A stretch of DNA of 64,000 nt from Stegostoma tigrinum (GCF_030684315.1 NC_081375.1:22308021-22372020); one strand, 5' to 3'. Positions 1 to 47,980 are shown, counted from the first letter of the stretch. The notes: generated by a model not told the origin, from the letters alone. Numbers and translations: made by a program.

Positions 1-68
1 TCCCTGGGATAATCTAAAATTATTTGCCAACAAATACCATAACAGAAAAACTTATTCTGTTGTTTACA

Positions 69-71
<3 letters not shown>

Positions 72-115
<44 letters not shown>
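72..115. repeat. (TG)n microsatellite
   Basis: About 22 TG units. Confidence 0.98.
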
Positions 116-118
<3 letters not shown>

Positions 119-499
119 ATTAGCCACTTCTTGACAACACAGAAAATTGAGCTAAGCCCTTCTGACAAAGGAAACAAAAAAAATTTAGATTTGTGTAACG
201 TTAATTTGAAATATTGTTTTGATACACTTGTATTTATTAACATCATCCTCACATCCTGTTCACTCTGGGTAGTGTAGCCTACAGAGGTCTTTCTACTCCA
301 AAATCAAGTCAAATAATTTACTTAATGTCCACTCAAGGCTCACACAATAAAATATCCATTTGGTGATGTACCGCCATTTGTAATGATGCCTCAGCTAGAG
401 GTTACACAATTAATACAAAGACCTAGGCTGGAAAGATCTAGTCAGCAAGTACGTTACCCCATTTAAACAGAATGTCAACAACGGACCTCTTCTAATGAC

Positions 500-1350
500 A
501 GATCCAAAACACCAAATGTCTTTAACATTAAAATCTAACAACATGAAACGAGAAATGAGAGTGCTTACTCTCTTCAAAGTAAATGTTGAAACAGTTGTTG
601 GTAAATGGAATTGAAGGCTGTGGTGAAAGGCGGTGCTGACAGAGTCAGGCGCCGAACTACGAAACAAATTGGAGCGCCTTAATGACTTCCTCCTGTTGTT
701 CTCTGTAGTCCCAGTACTGCCGAAGTTGACAAAAGTCAGATGTCACAATACACCACCAAGTTATAGTCCAACAGGTTTATTTGAAATCACAAGCTTCCTA
801 AGCGCGGCTCCTTCATCACCTATTTCAGGCCGCAATAGAAAATGGAAAAGGCTGGTGACACTCAGACGCTCGGGCATCAGCTGAAGAGCTGGTCAGTCAC
901 ACTCCGACGTTCGGACACTCTCATAGGGGACACTGTTTGAAACGAGAACCGACTACGAATTCAGTGAATGCGTCTACCTCAAGCCGTTTCCAGACCTGAC
1001 AACCAGAAATGGCCAAACTGCCGGGAAACCGAATCACATGACAGTACCGGCGTCACACGCTCGGCCGGTCCACATCCACCCAGCCAAGCGGAGAGGTGTC
1101 AGCTCCTTCACCTCGCACCTCCCACTATTAACATCCCGCGCCCACCACACTGAAACGCACCCTCCCTCAAAGTGGTACAGTCCGACAACGGACGGTGTAG
1201 TTGTCGAGAAATAGTAGGAACTGCCGATGATGGGTTGTTATCGTTTCTTAGCAACAGAGAACATGGCGGACGGAGGGAGGTAATTTCATCACTTTGCTCA
1301 TTAATCCACAATACTTTTCATATTTCTAAAATGTCTACTTTTCTAAATGC
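500..1350 (+). repeat. Segmental duplicate of the promoter module at about 51290-52085
   Basis: 595-1192 matches 51371-51953 except 2 substitutions and a 15-nt indel; flanks on both sides align but are diverged. Confidence 0.95.
1243..1285 (+). pseudogene. Orphan copy of the X-box and first coding exon (ATG GCG GAC GGA GGG AG|gtaatt) of the divergent gene
   Basis: Homologous to 51979-52019; no copy of the downstream exons seen before the GAA 3' end. Confidence 0.6.
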
Positions 1351-1451
1351 TACCGTTACTTCACAGTTGCCGAAGTCGGAAATTTCAGATACCTTAATTA
1401 ATATTGTCGTTTAAACATTTCTGGACCTATCAAAACGACTACTCATTTGAT

Positions 1452-1651
1452 CAGAGATAGTAGGAACTGCAGATGCTGGAGAATCTGAGATAACAAGGTG
1501 TAGAGCTGGATGAACACAGCAGGCCAAACAGCATCAGAGGCTGACGTTTCGTGCCTGGACCCTTCTTCACACTAGGCCGGAAACGTCAGCCTTCTGGTCC
1601 TCTGATGCTGCTTGGCCTGCTGTGTTCATCCAGCTCTACACCTTGTTATCT
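1452..1651 (-). mobile_element. Fold-back Penelope-derived mini-element, 13-bp TSD ctactcatttgat
   Basis: Inverted arms homologous to the terminus of the 39.4-42.4 kb element; TSD at 1439-1451 and 1652-1664. Confidence 0.85.
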
Positions 1652-1799
1652 CTACTCATTTGATGTTTTAATTTGAAAAAAAAATGCCGGGACATTCAAA
1701 TTTGTTATCCATAATGACAGATTAGCAATCCATAACATGAGTTTTACATCCAGATAGTAATCAAAAACTACCCCAAAAATACCTTACAAAACAAGTTTC

Positions 1800-2545
1800 G
1801 TCCCAGCATCAGACTTTCCGTAGATATTCTTTAGAATCAGTCTCATTCTTGGACACACACATCACCATCAGGGATGGACACCTCAATACCTCATTCTACT
1901 GCAGCCTACGTATAACCTCCCAATGCTGCACTTCTCTAGCTTTCTCTCTAAACATATTAAAACAGCCATTCACTATGGACAAGCCCGACACATACACAGG
2001 ATCTGTTTGGATCAGAGGAACACGACAGACACCCAAATGTGTTGAAGGACACTCTCAGGGGAGTAGGATATGATACTCAACTAAGTTCCAGCGTGCCACA
2101 GTGATAAACTGTAATGATGTCCTCAAGATCGGCATGGGATACAACTGATAGAGTACCCTTCATCGTCCGATATTTCCCGGGATCACAGAAACTATGACAT
2201 GTTCTTCGCAGCCTTCAACACATTAACGATGATGATGAGAACCTCACCAAGATCTTCCCGACTTCTTGCCTTCAAACAACCGCCAAACTTTAAACACCCA
2301 TTGTTCACAGCAAACTACCCAGCCTTTAGAATAACGTTGACCACAACACTATACAACTCTGTCATGGCAACCTCAGATCTTTGACATGGACACTACCATC
2401 ACATTTGCGAACCAATGTGCATGGCAGATATTCACGTGACTCAGCCAATGTTGTCAATTTCTTATGCTGCAGGCAAGGATGACCCGAGGCATGGTATATT
2501 GGTGAAACCGTGCAGACATTACAAAATAATAGGAATAGCATTCTC
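1800..2545 (+). mobile_element. Degraded Penelope-like fragment (RT C-terminus and GIY-YIG endonuclease)
   Basis: SLESVSFLDTHITIRDGHLNTSFY and SANVV...CRQG.PEAWYIGET remnants. Confidence 0.75.
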
Positions 2546-3889
2546 TCGGACCACAGAAGAGATGGACCTGTTGAAGAGTGGGACAAATCGTTATTGTGTG
2601 TACTCAAGTTGTGTAATTAGAGTGAAATCATCAAGGCTGGAGCTGCCTGCAAATTACTGTTGAGAGGGATTGATGATGAAAAGAGGAAGAGGCTAATATT
2701 GAAAAGGAGCGCACTGGCAGAGTAGGCAGTCCTATGAAAATGAGAATGTATGCCTTCAATCACCATACCTTTGGAATGATTTAAGAAAAAGCCCAATTGC
2801 CATGGCTGCAGCATAATGTTAACTTGATTTTAGAAATGCAAGGTGGTAGACTCTTCAAAGCATATGAAGTTCAGCAACATGTAAATTACAGCTCATCAAC
2901 AATGGTTAGGAATAGCAATAATGGAAGGTTATAGCTTTAAAAAGAAGTGGAAAATAACCATTGATTACGTGCCTTCTAGCTCTTTGCAGTCGAAATAGTG
3001 CTTCCTCAAGGAGAGGAAAATGACTGCATCTGTTTTCAACATAATGCAGTTTTTACAACTTCAAAGGATTCTACATCATGCGTAGTGTGCCAGTGCTCGT
3101 GGACACAACAAGTTTTCCTTACAAATTAAAAAATAACCAAGGCCCATAGTTTGTCACGGTGTTGTTTTGACTCATTCTTTCAATCCTAAGAAAAAGTGGA
3201 GAAAGGAGCGAAAGGGTCGTGTTGTTGGTGTTTAGGGTAAATGGTGGTTCGTCCACAGTCTGTCTTTAACTAATTCCTTCAATATCCTAAGTAGCAAGCC
3301 ATCTGGTCCAATAGTTCAATGGGTTTTATCCCCATTAATTTCAGAGCACATTTTTTCTTGTAGAAGTTATTCATTTACTCCTTTCCCACCCTTAGTAGTG
3401 TATTCAGTACTCTGAAATGCAATTAGTATATTTTATTGTGAAGACAGTTGCAAAGTATTTATTCAACTCCTCTGCCATTTTCTAGTTCCCAATTATTTTT
3501 CGGCAAGCCATTGTGCTGGGGACCTATGTTTACTTTTGTTACTCCTTTTCACATATTAAGCGTCTTTTTTTTATTACTTGCCATTTTACCCTCTAAGTTT
3601 ATTTTCTCCATTTTCTAGGATGTGTATATCACTGTCTAGGCCAGCATTTATTGGCCAACTACAGACTCCTGCAAGCGGTTAACTTATTTGCTGGAGATCT
3701 GGAATCACATATAGACCAGACCAGGTAAGAATGCCAGATTTCCTTCCCTAAAGGACATTTGAAACTGGATAGGTTTAAAACAAAGAGCGATTTCATGGCT
3801 ATTGTTCTTGAGTTTTAAAATTGAATTTAAATTTCACCATCTGTCATGGTGGAATTTGAACCCATGTTCCCTGAACATTCGTCAGTCAA

Positions 3890-4640
3890 ACAGCACAGAA
3901 AGACCCTTCAGTCCAACCAGTCTATACCGATCATAGTCCCAAACTAAACCAGTCCCACCTGCCTGTGCTTGGCCTGTATCCCTCCAAACGTTTCCTATTT
4001 ATGTACTTACCCAAATGTCTTTTAAATATTGTAATTGTAGCCACACCCACCATTTCCTGTGGAAGTCCATTTGACACATGAACCATTCCATATAAAAAGA
4101 ATTGCGCCTCATGTCTTTAGATCTTTCTCTTCTCACTTCAAAAATATGCTCCTGAGTCTTGAAATACCCCATCCTAGGGAAAAGACACCTGCTGTCCACC
4201 TTATCTAAACCCCTCATGATTTTATAAACTACTCTCCAGTCAACTCTCAACCTTCTACACTCCAAGGAAAAAAGTCCCAGCCCACACAAACTCTTCATGT
4301 AGCTTAAACCCCTCATTCCTGGCCACATACTGGTACATCTTTTCTGAACTCTCTCCAGATAATAATATCTTTCCTAGAACAGGATGACCAGAACTGGACA
4401 TAGTATTTCAGCAGAGGTCTCACCCACACATCATGTACAACTTCAATATAATGCCTTAACACTCCAAGATTCAAAGCAATGAAGGCAAGCCTGCTAAATA
4501 CCTTCTTAACCATCTTATCTATAACATGATGCAAACTTCAAAGAGTTATGTATCTAAATGGCTAAGTCCCTGTTTTACCATAATGCCGAAGGCCCTATTT
4601 TTGGTTCTATAAGTCATCTTTCTTTGTTTTACCAAAAGTA
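3890..4640 (-). mobile_element. CR1 LINE 3' fragment
   Basis: RPLLKYYVQFWS and LGLFSLECRRLR..VYKIMRGLDKVD; frameshifted. Confidence 0.85.
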
Positions 4641-5511
4641 TAATGTTACCATTTTGCCACCTTGATCAGTCTTTGTTTTTCTTTCAATATACCCAAACCC
4701 CTGCTTTAGCAATAATCCCTGCCACATTATATATTTTTGCTTTCAATTTGATGCTATCCTTAACTCCTTTGGTTAACCATGGCCAGTTTATTTTCTTCCT
4801 AGAATCTTTCTTCCTCACTGGGGTATTTCTTCAGAGAATCAGGAACTATTTTATTAAACATCCATCCCACCATTGTTCATCAACTGTCTTTTTTGTTAAA
4901 CTCCTTTCCCAGTCCACTCCTGCCAACTCTACTGTCATTCCTTTGTAATTACCTTTACTAAGTTTAGCACAGTTGTTTCTGACACAAGTTTCTCCCTTTC
5001 AAAATGAACATTAAATCCAGTCAGATTATGGGCATTGTTTCCTTGGGGATCTTTTACTCTAATCATTTATTAAAGTTACCTCATTATATAAAATCCAAAA
5101 AAGCCTGATCGCTGGTTGAATCCACAACATATTGTCCTAGGAAAGTATCCTGAATACACCCTGAATTCTTACTAGCAGCTATCTTAGCCAATATGATTTT
5201 TCCCAGTCTACATGAAGATTGAAGTAATGTATGATTTATGTACTGCCTTTATTTTTACATGCCCTTGTATCCTAATTTGTTCTCTGTCTAAGTACAGTTA
5301 CTGTTAAGGGCCTAAAGTCAACTCCCACTAATGATTTTCATTTTTCTTAAAAGCTCCAACTATATCAATTCTACATCTTCTGATCTAAGATTATTTCTGT
5401 CATGGTTATTCCATCTCCTACTGTGGAAAGCTTTCCAACACTCTTTCCTCCCTATCTGTTCCTTCAAAAAGTTTCATACCTGTGAATATTTAGTACCCAG
5501 CTTTGATCATC

Positions 5512-5835
5512 ATAGAATCCTGACAGTGGGTAAACAGGCCATTTAACCCAACAAGTCCACGTCACCCCTCTGAACAGCTTCCCGCCCTGACTCATTCTCT
5601 TACTGCTGCATTTCTCCATACCTAACCCATCTAGCCTGAACTTCCTTGGACTCTGCGGGCAATTTAGCATGGACAATCCACCTAGCTTGCACATCTTTGG
5701 ACTCTGGGAGAAAGCCCACGCAGACACGGGGAGAATGTGCAAATTCCACTCAGTCAGTCACCTGAGGGCGGAATTGAACCCGGGTCCTTTGTGCTGTGAG
5801 GCAGCAGTGCTAACCACTGAGCCATCATGCTGCCT
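5512..5835 (-). mobile_element. tRNA-derived SINE (HE1-like shark SINE)
   Basis: Reverse strand has tRNA-like head tggctcagtggttagcactgctgcc...ggttcaattcc and a CR1-like tail. Confidence 0.8.
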
Positions 5836-5950
5836 ATTTTAAATTCAACCACCTGCTGTGGCAGGATTCAGACTTGGATCCCTGAACGTTACCTGGGTGT
5901 CTGGATTAAATTCTCAGTGATAATACCACTAGGCTATTGCCTCTCTAATA

Positions 5951-6212
5951 GGGTGGCATAGTGGCTCAGTGCTAAGCAGTGCTGTCTTACACCAACTGTG
6001 TGTGTGGAGCTTGCACATTCTCTCCTGTCTGTGTGGATTTCCTCTGGGTGTTCCAGCTTCCTCCCACTGTCCAAAGATGTGCAGGCTAGGTGGATCGGCA
6101 TAGTGTTCAGGGATGTGTGATTCAGAGGGGGATGGATCTGGGTGGGATGCTGAGGGGTAGTATAGACTTGTTGGGTCAAAGGGTCTGTTCCACACTGTAG
6201 GGATTCTATCAT
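5951..6212 (+). mobile_element. tRNA-derived SINE (HE1-like)
   Basis: gtggctcagtg head and ...ctgttccacactgtagggattct tail. Confidence 0.75.
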
Positions 6213-6612
6213 GTTTTGAGAAGATTTGTAGCTCAGGTTGAGGTTCTGGATGTGAGTTTGCTCGCTGAGCTGGAAGGTTAGTTTTCAGACGTTTCGTCAC
6301 CATTCTAGGTAACATCATCAGTGAGCCGCCGACGAAGCGCTGGTGTTATGTCCCGCTTTCTATTTATCTGGTTAGGTTTCCTTGGGTTGGTGATGTCATT
6401 TCCTGTTCTTTTTCTCTGGCTCCAAGTCAATCTACCATCCCCTGAGAAAAAGAACAGGAAATGACATCACCAACCCAAGGAAACCTAACAGATAAATAGA
6501 AAGCGGGACATAACACCAGCGCTTCGTTGGAGGCTCACTGATGATGTTACCTAGAATGGTGACGAAACGTCTGAAAACTAACCTTCCAGCTCAGCGAGCA
6601 AACTCACATCCA
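6213..6612. mobile_element. Fold-back Penelope-type mini-element (second family) with ~170-bp arms and 12-bp TSD ggattctatcat
   Basis: Arms 6246-6416 and 6444-6613; TSD at 6201-6212 and 6613-6624. Confidence 0.85.
6535..6574 (+). ncRNA. Minimal type I hammerhead ribozyme motif (mirror copy at 6285-6324 on the - strand)
   Basis: tca-CTGATGA-t-gttacc(tagaat)ggtgac-GAAA-cgtc-tga: core boxes, 6-bp stem II, 3-bp stem I, palindromic ACGT stem III. Confidence 0.7.
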
Positions 6613-6719
6613 GGATTCTATCATAATTAACCAAGTCAGTTTTCCAAGTCAAAAGGGGTTTATTTAGGCTGCACTAGAAAAAGGCAAAAGTGGCTCCGAA
6701 TGAAAGAACAAGGGCTGTC

Positions 6720-7170
6720 TGGGATTTTCCCATGCTGAAGACGATGAAATTCTGCTGATAATGTATTGGCATCAGTGACTTTTATTCCACATTTATTCCA
6801 AATTTCAGCACTCTGCTAACCCTCTGACAAACCTTTCAAAGGCAAAAAAAATCAAGTCGATATAGAAATTTAAGAATGCCTTCGATAACTACTCTAGCTT
6901 ACTAATTTTAACAGCACTATATAATGATTCAAAGGATCCACTACAGGAAGATTAGATGGAAATCAGATAACTAGTTACTTCTCATATTTCACTGATTATA
7001 TGCCAAAAGAAACAAACATTCAAATGGTGGAGAAAGAGACGTTCAGCTTGGTATTGGCTACACAACATTCTGAAGTATATATATCCTGTGATTCCACAGA
7101 GGTGGTTTTTTTGAATAGACCACAACCTTTCAACCATCCTGGATCGCTTCCATAATAAAAATCAAAAGAC
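6720..7170 (+). mobile_element. Degraded Gypsy-like RT/RNase H remnant
   Basis: FIPNFST...PLTNL and VEKETFSLVLATQHSEVYI...DHN-like segments. Confidence 0.6.
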
Positions 7171-7190
7171 TTTCATTAAATGCATAGTTT

Positions 7191-7196
7191 TTTATT
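7191..7196 (-). terminator. Candidate GAA polyadenylation signal AATAAA
   Basis: tttatt on the + strand, about 700 nt past the stop codon. Confidence 0.5.
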
Positions 7197-7894
7197 GTTG
7201 AAATCTGAACTTCACCCAATAAGTTTCTTGTATTAACCAGCTCTTATTATAAAGCTAGGTTGCTTCTCTATTAAAAATCTGCAACTTCCATGTAAATAGC
7301 CATTTGGAGAACAGAATGCTTTTTCAGTGTAAAATATTTAAGACCAAACTACATTATGAGAACTATAAGAAAAGTATGACTTTCTTCTCCACTTCCTCGT
7401 TACCTGCAATTCTGGTTTGGAATCCAATGAGCCCCTTTCTCCTGCTGTGAATTCTGTAATGAAGCAAGTTTGTACCATAAACAGAGACCACTATCCTTTT
7501 CAAACCAGGATGTTGACATAGAGGTCTCAAAAATGCTTCTGAGCTTCTCTGTGAAAAAGAGTACAATTTTCTTCATTTTCACTTGAAGCTTTGTTTGATA
7601 CAGTGAATGATGCAAAGGGGCAAATATCTCAATTACAGTTCCTTTTTCCCGTTACAACAACACCTCCTCCCCACCATATTACATTACAAGACATAATTGG
7701 AGCTGTGTCCCAGCACAATGAATCTTTCTGTATCCTTAATTCAGTTTCAAATGATATGCACTGATTTTTGTCTAACTATTAATCACAATCCATTAAGTAT
7801 CCCTTTTAAATTATTGCCAGCAGTATCAATGGTTTATGATTATTGTCTGTTCTGTTGTGGAAGGTTTCTTGATAGTTGCAGGTTCTGCTTCACT

Positions 7895-43785
<35,891 letters not shown>

Positions 43786-45452
43786 GTCACAATGTGGTGA
43801 TAACGTGACAAAAATATAATTGATCTTGAAGCTTGGTTCTAGTACCTAAAATGAGAGAGAAAGAAAGAAAAAAAGTTCAAGACTTACAGCAGTTTTGTGC
43901 TACCAATAATGCACACATTTATCTTAAATATATTTTAATAGGGCACTTATAAATTACAGGAAAGGTAGTACTAAGGCTCGCGAAGTCAATGGATAAGGGC
44001 AATACTGCACAATTCAAGATGACAAAGCATTAGCTTGTTGATTTTTATATAAAGAGGAGTCTATTTAAATCATTCAATCCAGACTGCATGTGCAAATCTC
44101 TGATATTGTGGCTGGTTAAATAGTGTTGTTATTAAACTTCAAAATATCAGACTCAACATGAACCTTATTCTATGGTATATGGCGCATCTAGCGCATTATC
44201 ATAGCAATAAGTCAGTATTAAAACTCGAAGCAGTGAGGCATTTGCATCAGTAAGCAGATAAAGGCTGAAAAGGTAATAACAGCATGACAGATGGGCTATA
44301 TTGTTTTCCCAATCATCAATAAATCTGAATTCACAGCTGAAATTACAACGAAAACAAAGACTAAAGTGCTACAGCCAAAACTAAATGCTATAAACTTGTA
44401 CTGAAGCATGGTGAATATGCTACCTCTCTCTTACAAACAAAAAAGAAAAAGGGCTTACAAAAAGCCTAGGACAGCTATCATTTAAAACGAAAGTGTTATC
44501 AAGTGCTGAAAGGCAGTTCCACTCTAGAAAAGAAATCCTGGAATAAAGTACAGACGTCAACAGCAAGAGAAAAATGTTTCCAAACTAAAGAAGCCTTACT
44601 GTTACCCAGACAGCCTATTCTACTATCTCCTTTTTCTGAAGTGGCATGAAAAGATTTTGGCCTTACTTTTACAAAGGAAAAGTGATTTTTTTTAACTAAA
44701 ATGAACAAGCCTGTGACCTTCAAAGGGGCAGCAACAATAAGGACCGAGATTTGGCAAAACAACCCCACAAATTGTGCTAAATTAAAATAAATTTTTTTCC
44801 CCTCACTTGAACTGGCAACCCGTTGACATATTCCAGGAACAGCCTGACAAATTTCTCACATTATAAAATCAAAATAAAGTTTGTATCATTTCAGGTTTAA
44901 ATTCTTGTCCTACCACCAAAAACTGGTTAAATAATCGACCAATTCATAGGTAAATCTTGACTTAAAGGAACAAAACATGATTTCAACGGAGCTAAGCCAG
45001 CTGAAATGCTTATGGTTTCTACACACATGAAAACCTCCAGAAATGCATTTCTAGACAAACTTGAATATACCATGGATGCGCTACTGAGTGGAGAATGCAC
45101 ATTCAAAGACGTTGGAGCAGATCAGCAGCATCTGAAAGAACCTTACTTTGGCACAATTATTGCAGCAGTCACCATATGCAGTGGAATGTTCAAATCTTTT
45201 AAAAGTTGTGGCATTTTTCATCTACAAAAACAACATGTTTCTTCAGATTCCCCATCTGCCAGAACATATTTTAATAACACAGACCTTTTCAAAAAAAGAC
45301 CCAGGGCACCTAAAAGTAGAGGCAAAATAGAAAATGTATAGAAGATGGTTAAGTAAAAAATAAAAAGGGCAACTGACGAAAGGCATCGCTGTTTCTTTTG
45401 CTGTTCGTTCCTGTACATTGAATTTTAAACAAAATCGTTTCTTTTTGAACTC

Positions 45453-46560
45453 AAAAACCGAAGATGCTGGGAATGGTCAGCTTATCTGGCAGCATCTGTG
45501 AGGAAAAAATAATTAGAGTCAACATTTCGGGTCCAGTGACCCTTCCGCAGAACTGCTTGTTGCTGCGAAAATGTCGGTTTTGTGTGCAGAAAATAGGGAG
45601 GGATATGGGGTAGGGAATAAATGATAGGATAGAACTCAAAAAGAGAGAGAAGAACCATTAGGTAGACAAAGGAGTTGATAATGATCTTTGCTATTGAACT
45701 CAATAATTATTGAACTATTACCTATTAAACTGAGTTCAATAATTTTAGGACCTAACATCTCCCATACACCATGCACAATGCCTTGCTATCACATCGCCTG
45801 CCATTACACACCGCCTATTGTTAGTCACTAACAGTCTGTGAAATAATTGTATGTTGAGACTGTTTAATTTAGGCCGAGTAGTAATGAGTTAAAATGATAC
45901 ATGACTCGGTGCATGAAGTAGAGAAACTCTAGCTTTATGAAACAGTGCATATTGCTGGAAATGCAACTTGCCTTTCCCTAGTCTGAGAAGTTACATAGGA
46001 CCGATAGCAAAAAGCTGGAGCTTGCAGCATCTGTACACTCTTATCTTCACTGCATTCTATTTTAATTATTGTCTGTCTGGTTGCGTAAGTAATGACCTTG
46101 CCTTGCTAAAACACAGTACAGTTTGTACCATTGTATAAAATACTGCTGCTTCTTAATGCTTGTCGAGATCTTCAGACCTGACCTTTTGTCAATGTTGACT
46201 CTCCAAAATATCACAAATAAAATCACTTTACTTCGAAGTGTGGACTTTTGGGTGTGTAACTTAATTTAGTCTCCTTGACACAGTCCCCATTAACAACTGT
46301 TCACCCTCCCAGCCTGCTCATTGTCTATCCAACTGCTCTTTTCTCTCTTTAGGCTCTATCCTATCATTAATTCCCTAACCCATACCCCTCCCTATTTTCT
46401 GCATATAAACTGATATTTTCCCAGCTACCATCTGTTCTGAGGAAGGTAACCAGACCTGAACTGATTTTTTCTCCCCCCCACTCCCTCACACAGATGCTGC
46501 TAGACCTGCTGAACATTTCCAGCAACTTTTGTTTTTGCTCCTAATTTATAGCATCCGCAT
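45453..46560. mobile_element. Older inverted pair of Penelope-type tails interrupted by a solo LTR
   Basis: About 45580-45670 is an imperfect reverse complement of about 46320-46405. Confidence 0.6.
45837..46280 (+). mobile_element. Solo LTR (444 bp), TG...CA termini, 5-bp TSD cagtc
   Basis: TSD at 45832-45836 and 46281-46285; TATAAAA at 46134-46140; AATAAA at 46216-46221. Confidence 0.8.
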
Positions 46561-46999
46561 AAAAACCTAAAGAGGAGAGTTCGGAGTAAGGATCATTAGA
46601 CCCGAAATGTTAACTCTGTTTTCTCCTCTGCGGATGCTACCAGACCTGCTAAACTTTTCCAGCAACTTTGTTTGTAATAGCATCCGCAGTTCTTTCAGTT
46701 GTTGGAGTTCTTCCTTGCCAAAAACACACCATACATGGAAGAAAGATCCACACTTGTCAATGTCTCAAAAAAAAATGCACCATCACACAATAACTGTGTT
46801 TTCATATTATGACGCCTCTAAGATTACCATGAAATAGATGCGCCTCAGAAAGGCCTCACAACATATTACAGGATGACAATCTTACTGAATTTGGTTCTGA
46901 GATCATTAAAACAGCTGATAACTGCTCTAATACTGATTGAGAAATTCTTGTTCGTTTTTGAGATACAACAATTTCATAGAAACCCAAATCAGCAAGAAT

Positions 47000-47980
47000 A
47001 TCATTCATACTGACTACAAACTGCCATAAGGTGATCTATCGAAAACTTCAAGTGTTGGAGATCAGTCATTTCAGCTCCAGATCTTCCCTGTCGAAGTTTC
47101 TCAGGGTAGTGTCTCAGCTATTTAAAAGGCATTGCCTTATGAGGTCAGAATTGGGGAAGTTGACTGATAATTGCACAACATTCAGTGCTATTCATCACCC
47201 TTCAGCTATTGAAGCAGTCCATATCCAAATGTAGAAAGACCCAGACAATATCCAGGTTTGGGCTGAAAAGTGGTAAGTCACATTCATGACACTCAAATAC
47301 CAGGCAAAGACCATCTCCAACAAGAGAGAATCTAACCATCGCCCCTTGACATTCAAAGGCAAAATGGAATCCCACACTATCACCATCCTAGGGGACACAA
47401 TTGACCAGAAACTCACTGCACTAACCACATAAATACAACAGCTACAAAACAAACAGATCAGCAGCTAGGAGTTTTACAGCAAGTAAGTTACCTTCTGACT
47501 TCCCAAAGTCTGTCCATCGTCTACAAGGCACAAGTTACGAGAACAATGGAATACTTCCCGCTTTCCTCATTGAGCACAACTCGAACAATACTTGGTAAGT
47601 TTGAGACCATCCAGAACAAAGCAGTTTGCTTGATTGTGGACATTGTGCCACTCACTCACTCCAGAGCTCAGTCGAGCACAGCATAATTTCAAGATGGACT
47701 GCAGAAATTCACGAAGGCTAGTCAGACAACACCTTCCACATCCACAACATCTAAAAAGGACTATGCAGATACACGGAAACATCACCATCTTCAAGTTCCC
47801 TGTATTCACATTCAGACTTGGAAATATATTGTTGTTCCTGGGACAAAATCCTGGAACTCCCACCCTATAGCTTTTTGAGCTTACCTACGCCACAGACTGC
47901 AGCTGTTCAATGCGGCAGCTCACCACGTTCTCATGGGCAATAAATGCCGACAGAGCCAGCAACAGCCACATCCCATGAAT
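47000..47980 (+). mobile_element. Degraded LINE (CR1/L2 group) 3' fragment; related copies at about 33270-33860 (-), 36740-37640 (-), 53200-54940 (+) and 58790-59185 (+)
   Basis: DNIQVWAEKW.VTF and ILG..IDQKL remnants; shared tail gggcaataaatgc...cacatcccatgaat. Confidence 0.7.

Noticed and set aside
64-277. ORFs with HT and CV dipeptide runs
   Set aside because: Translations of the (TG)n microsatellite
633-1153. 83-aa and 61-aa ORFs that recur almost identically at 51409-51914
   Set aside because: Identity reflects the DNA duplication. There is no recognisable protein family, and part of the sequence (about 725-820) looks like a repeat fragment.
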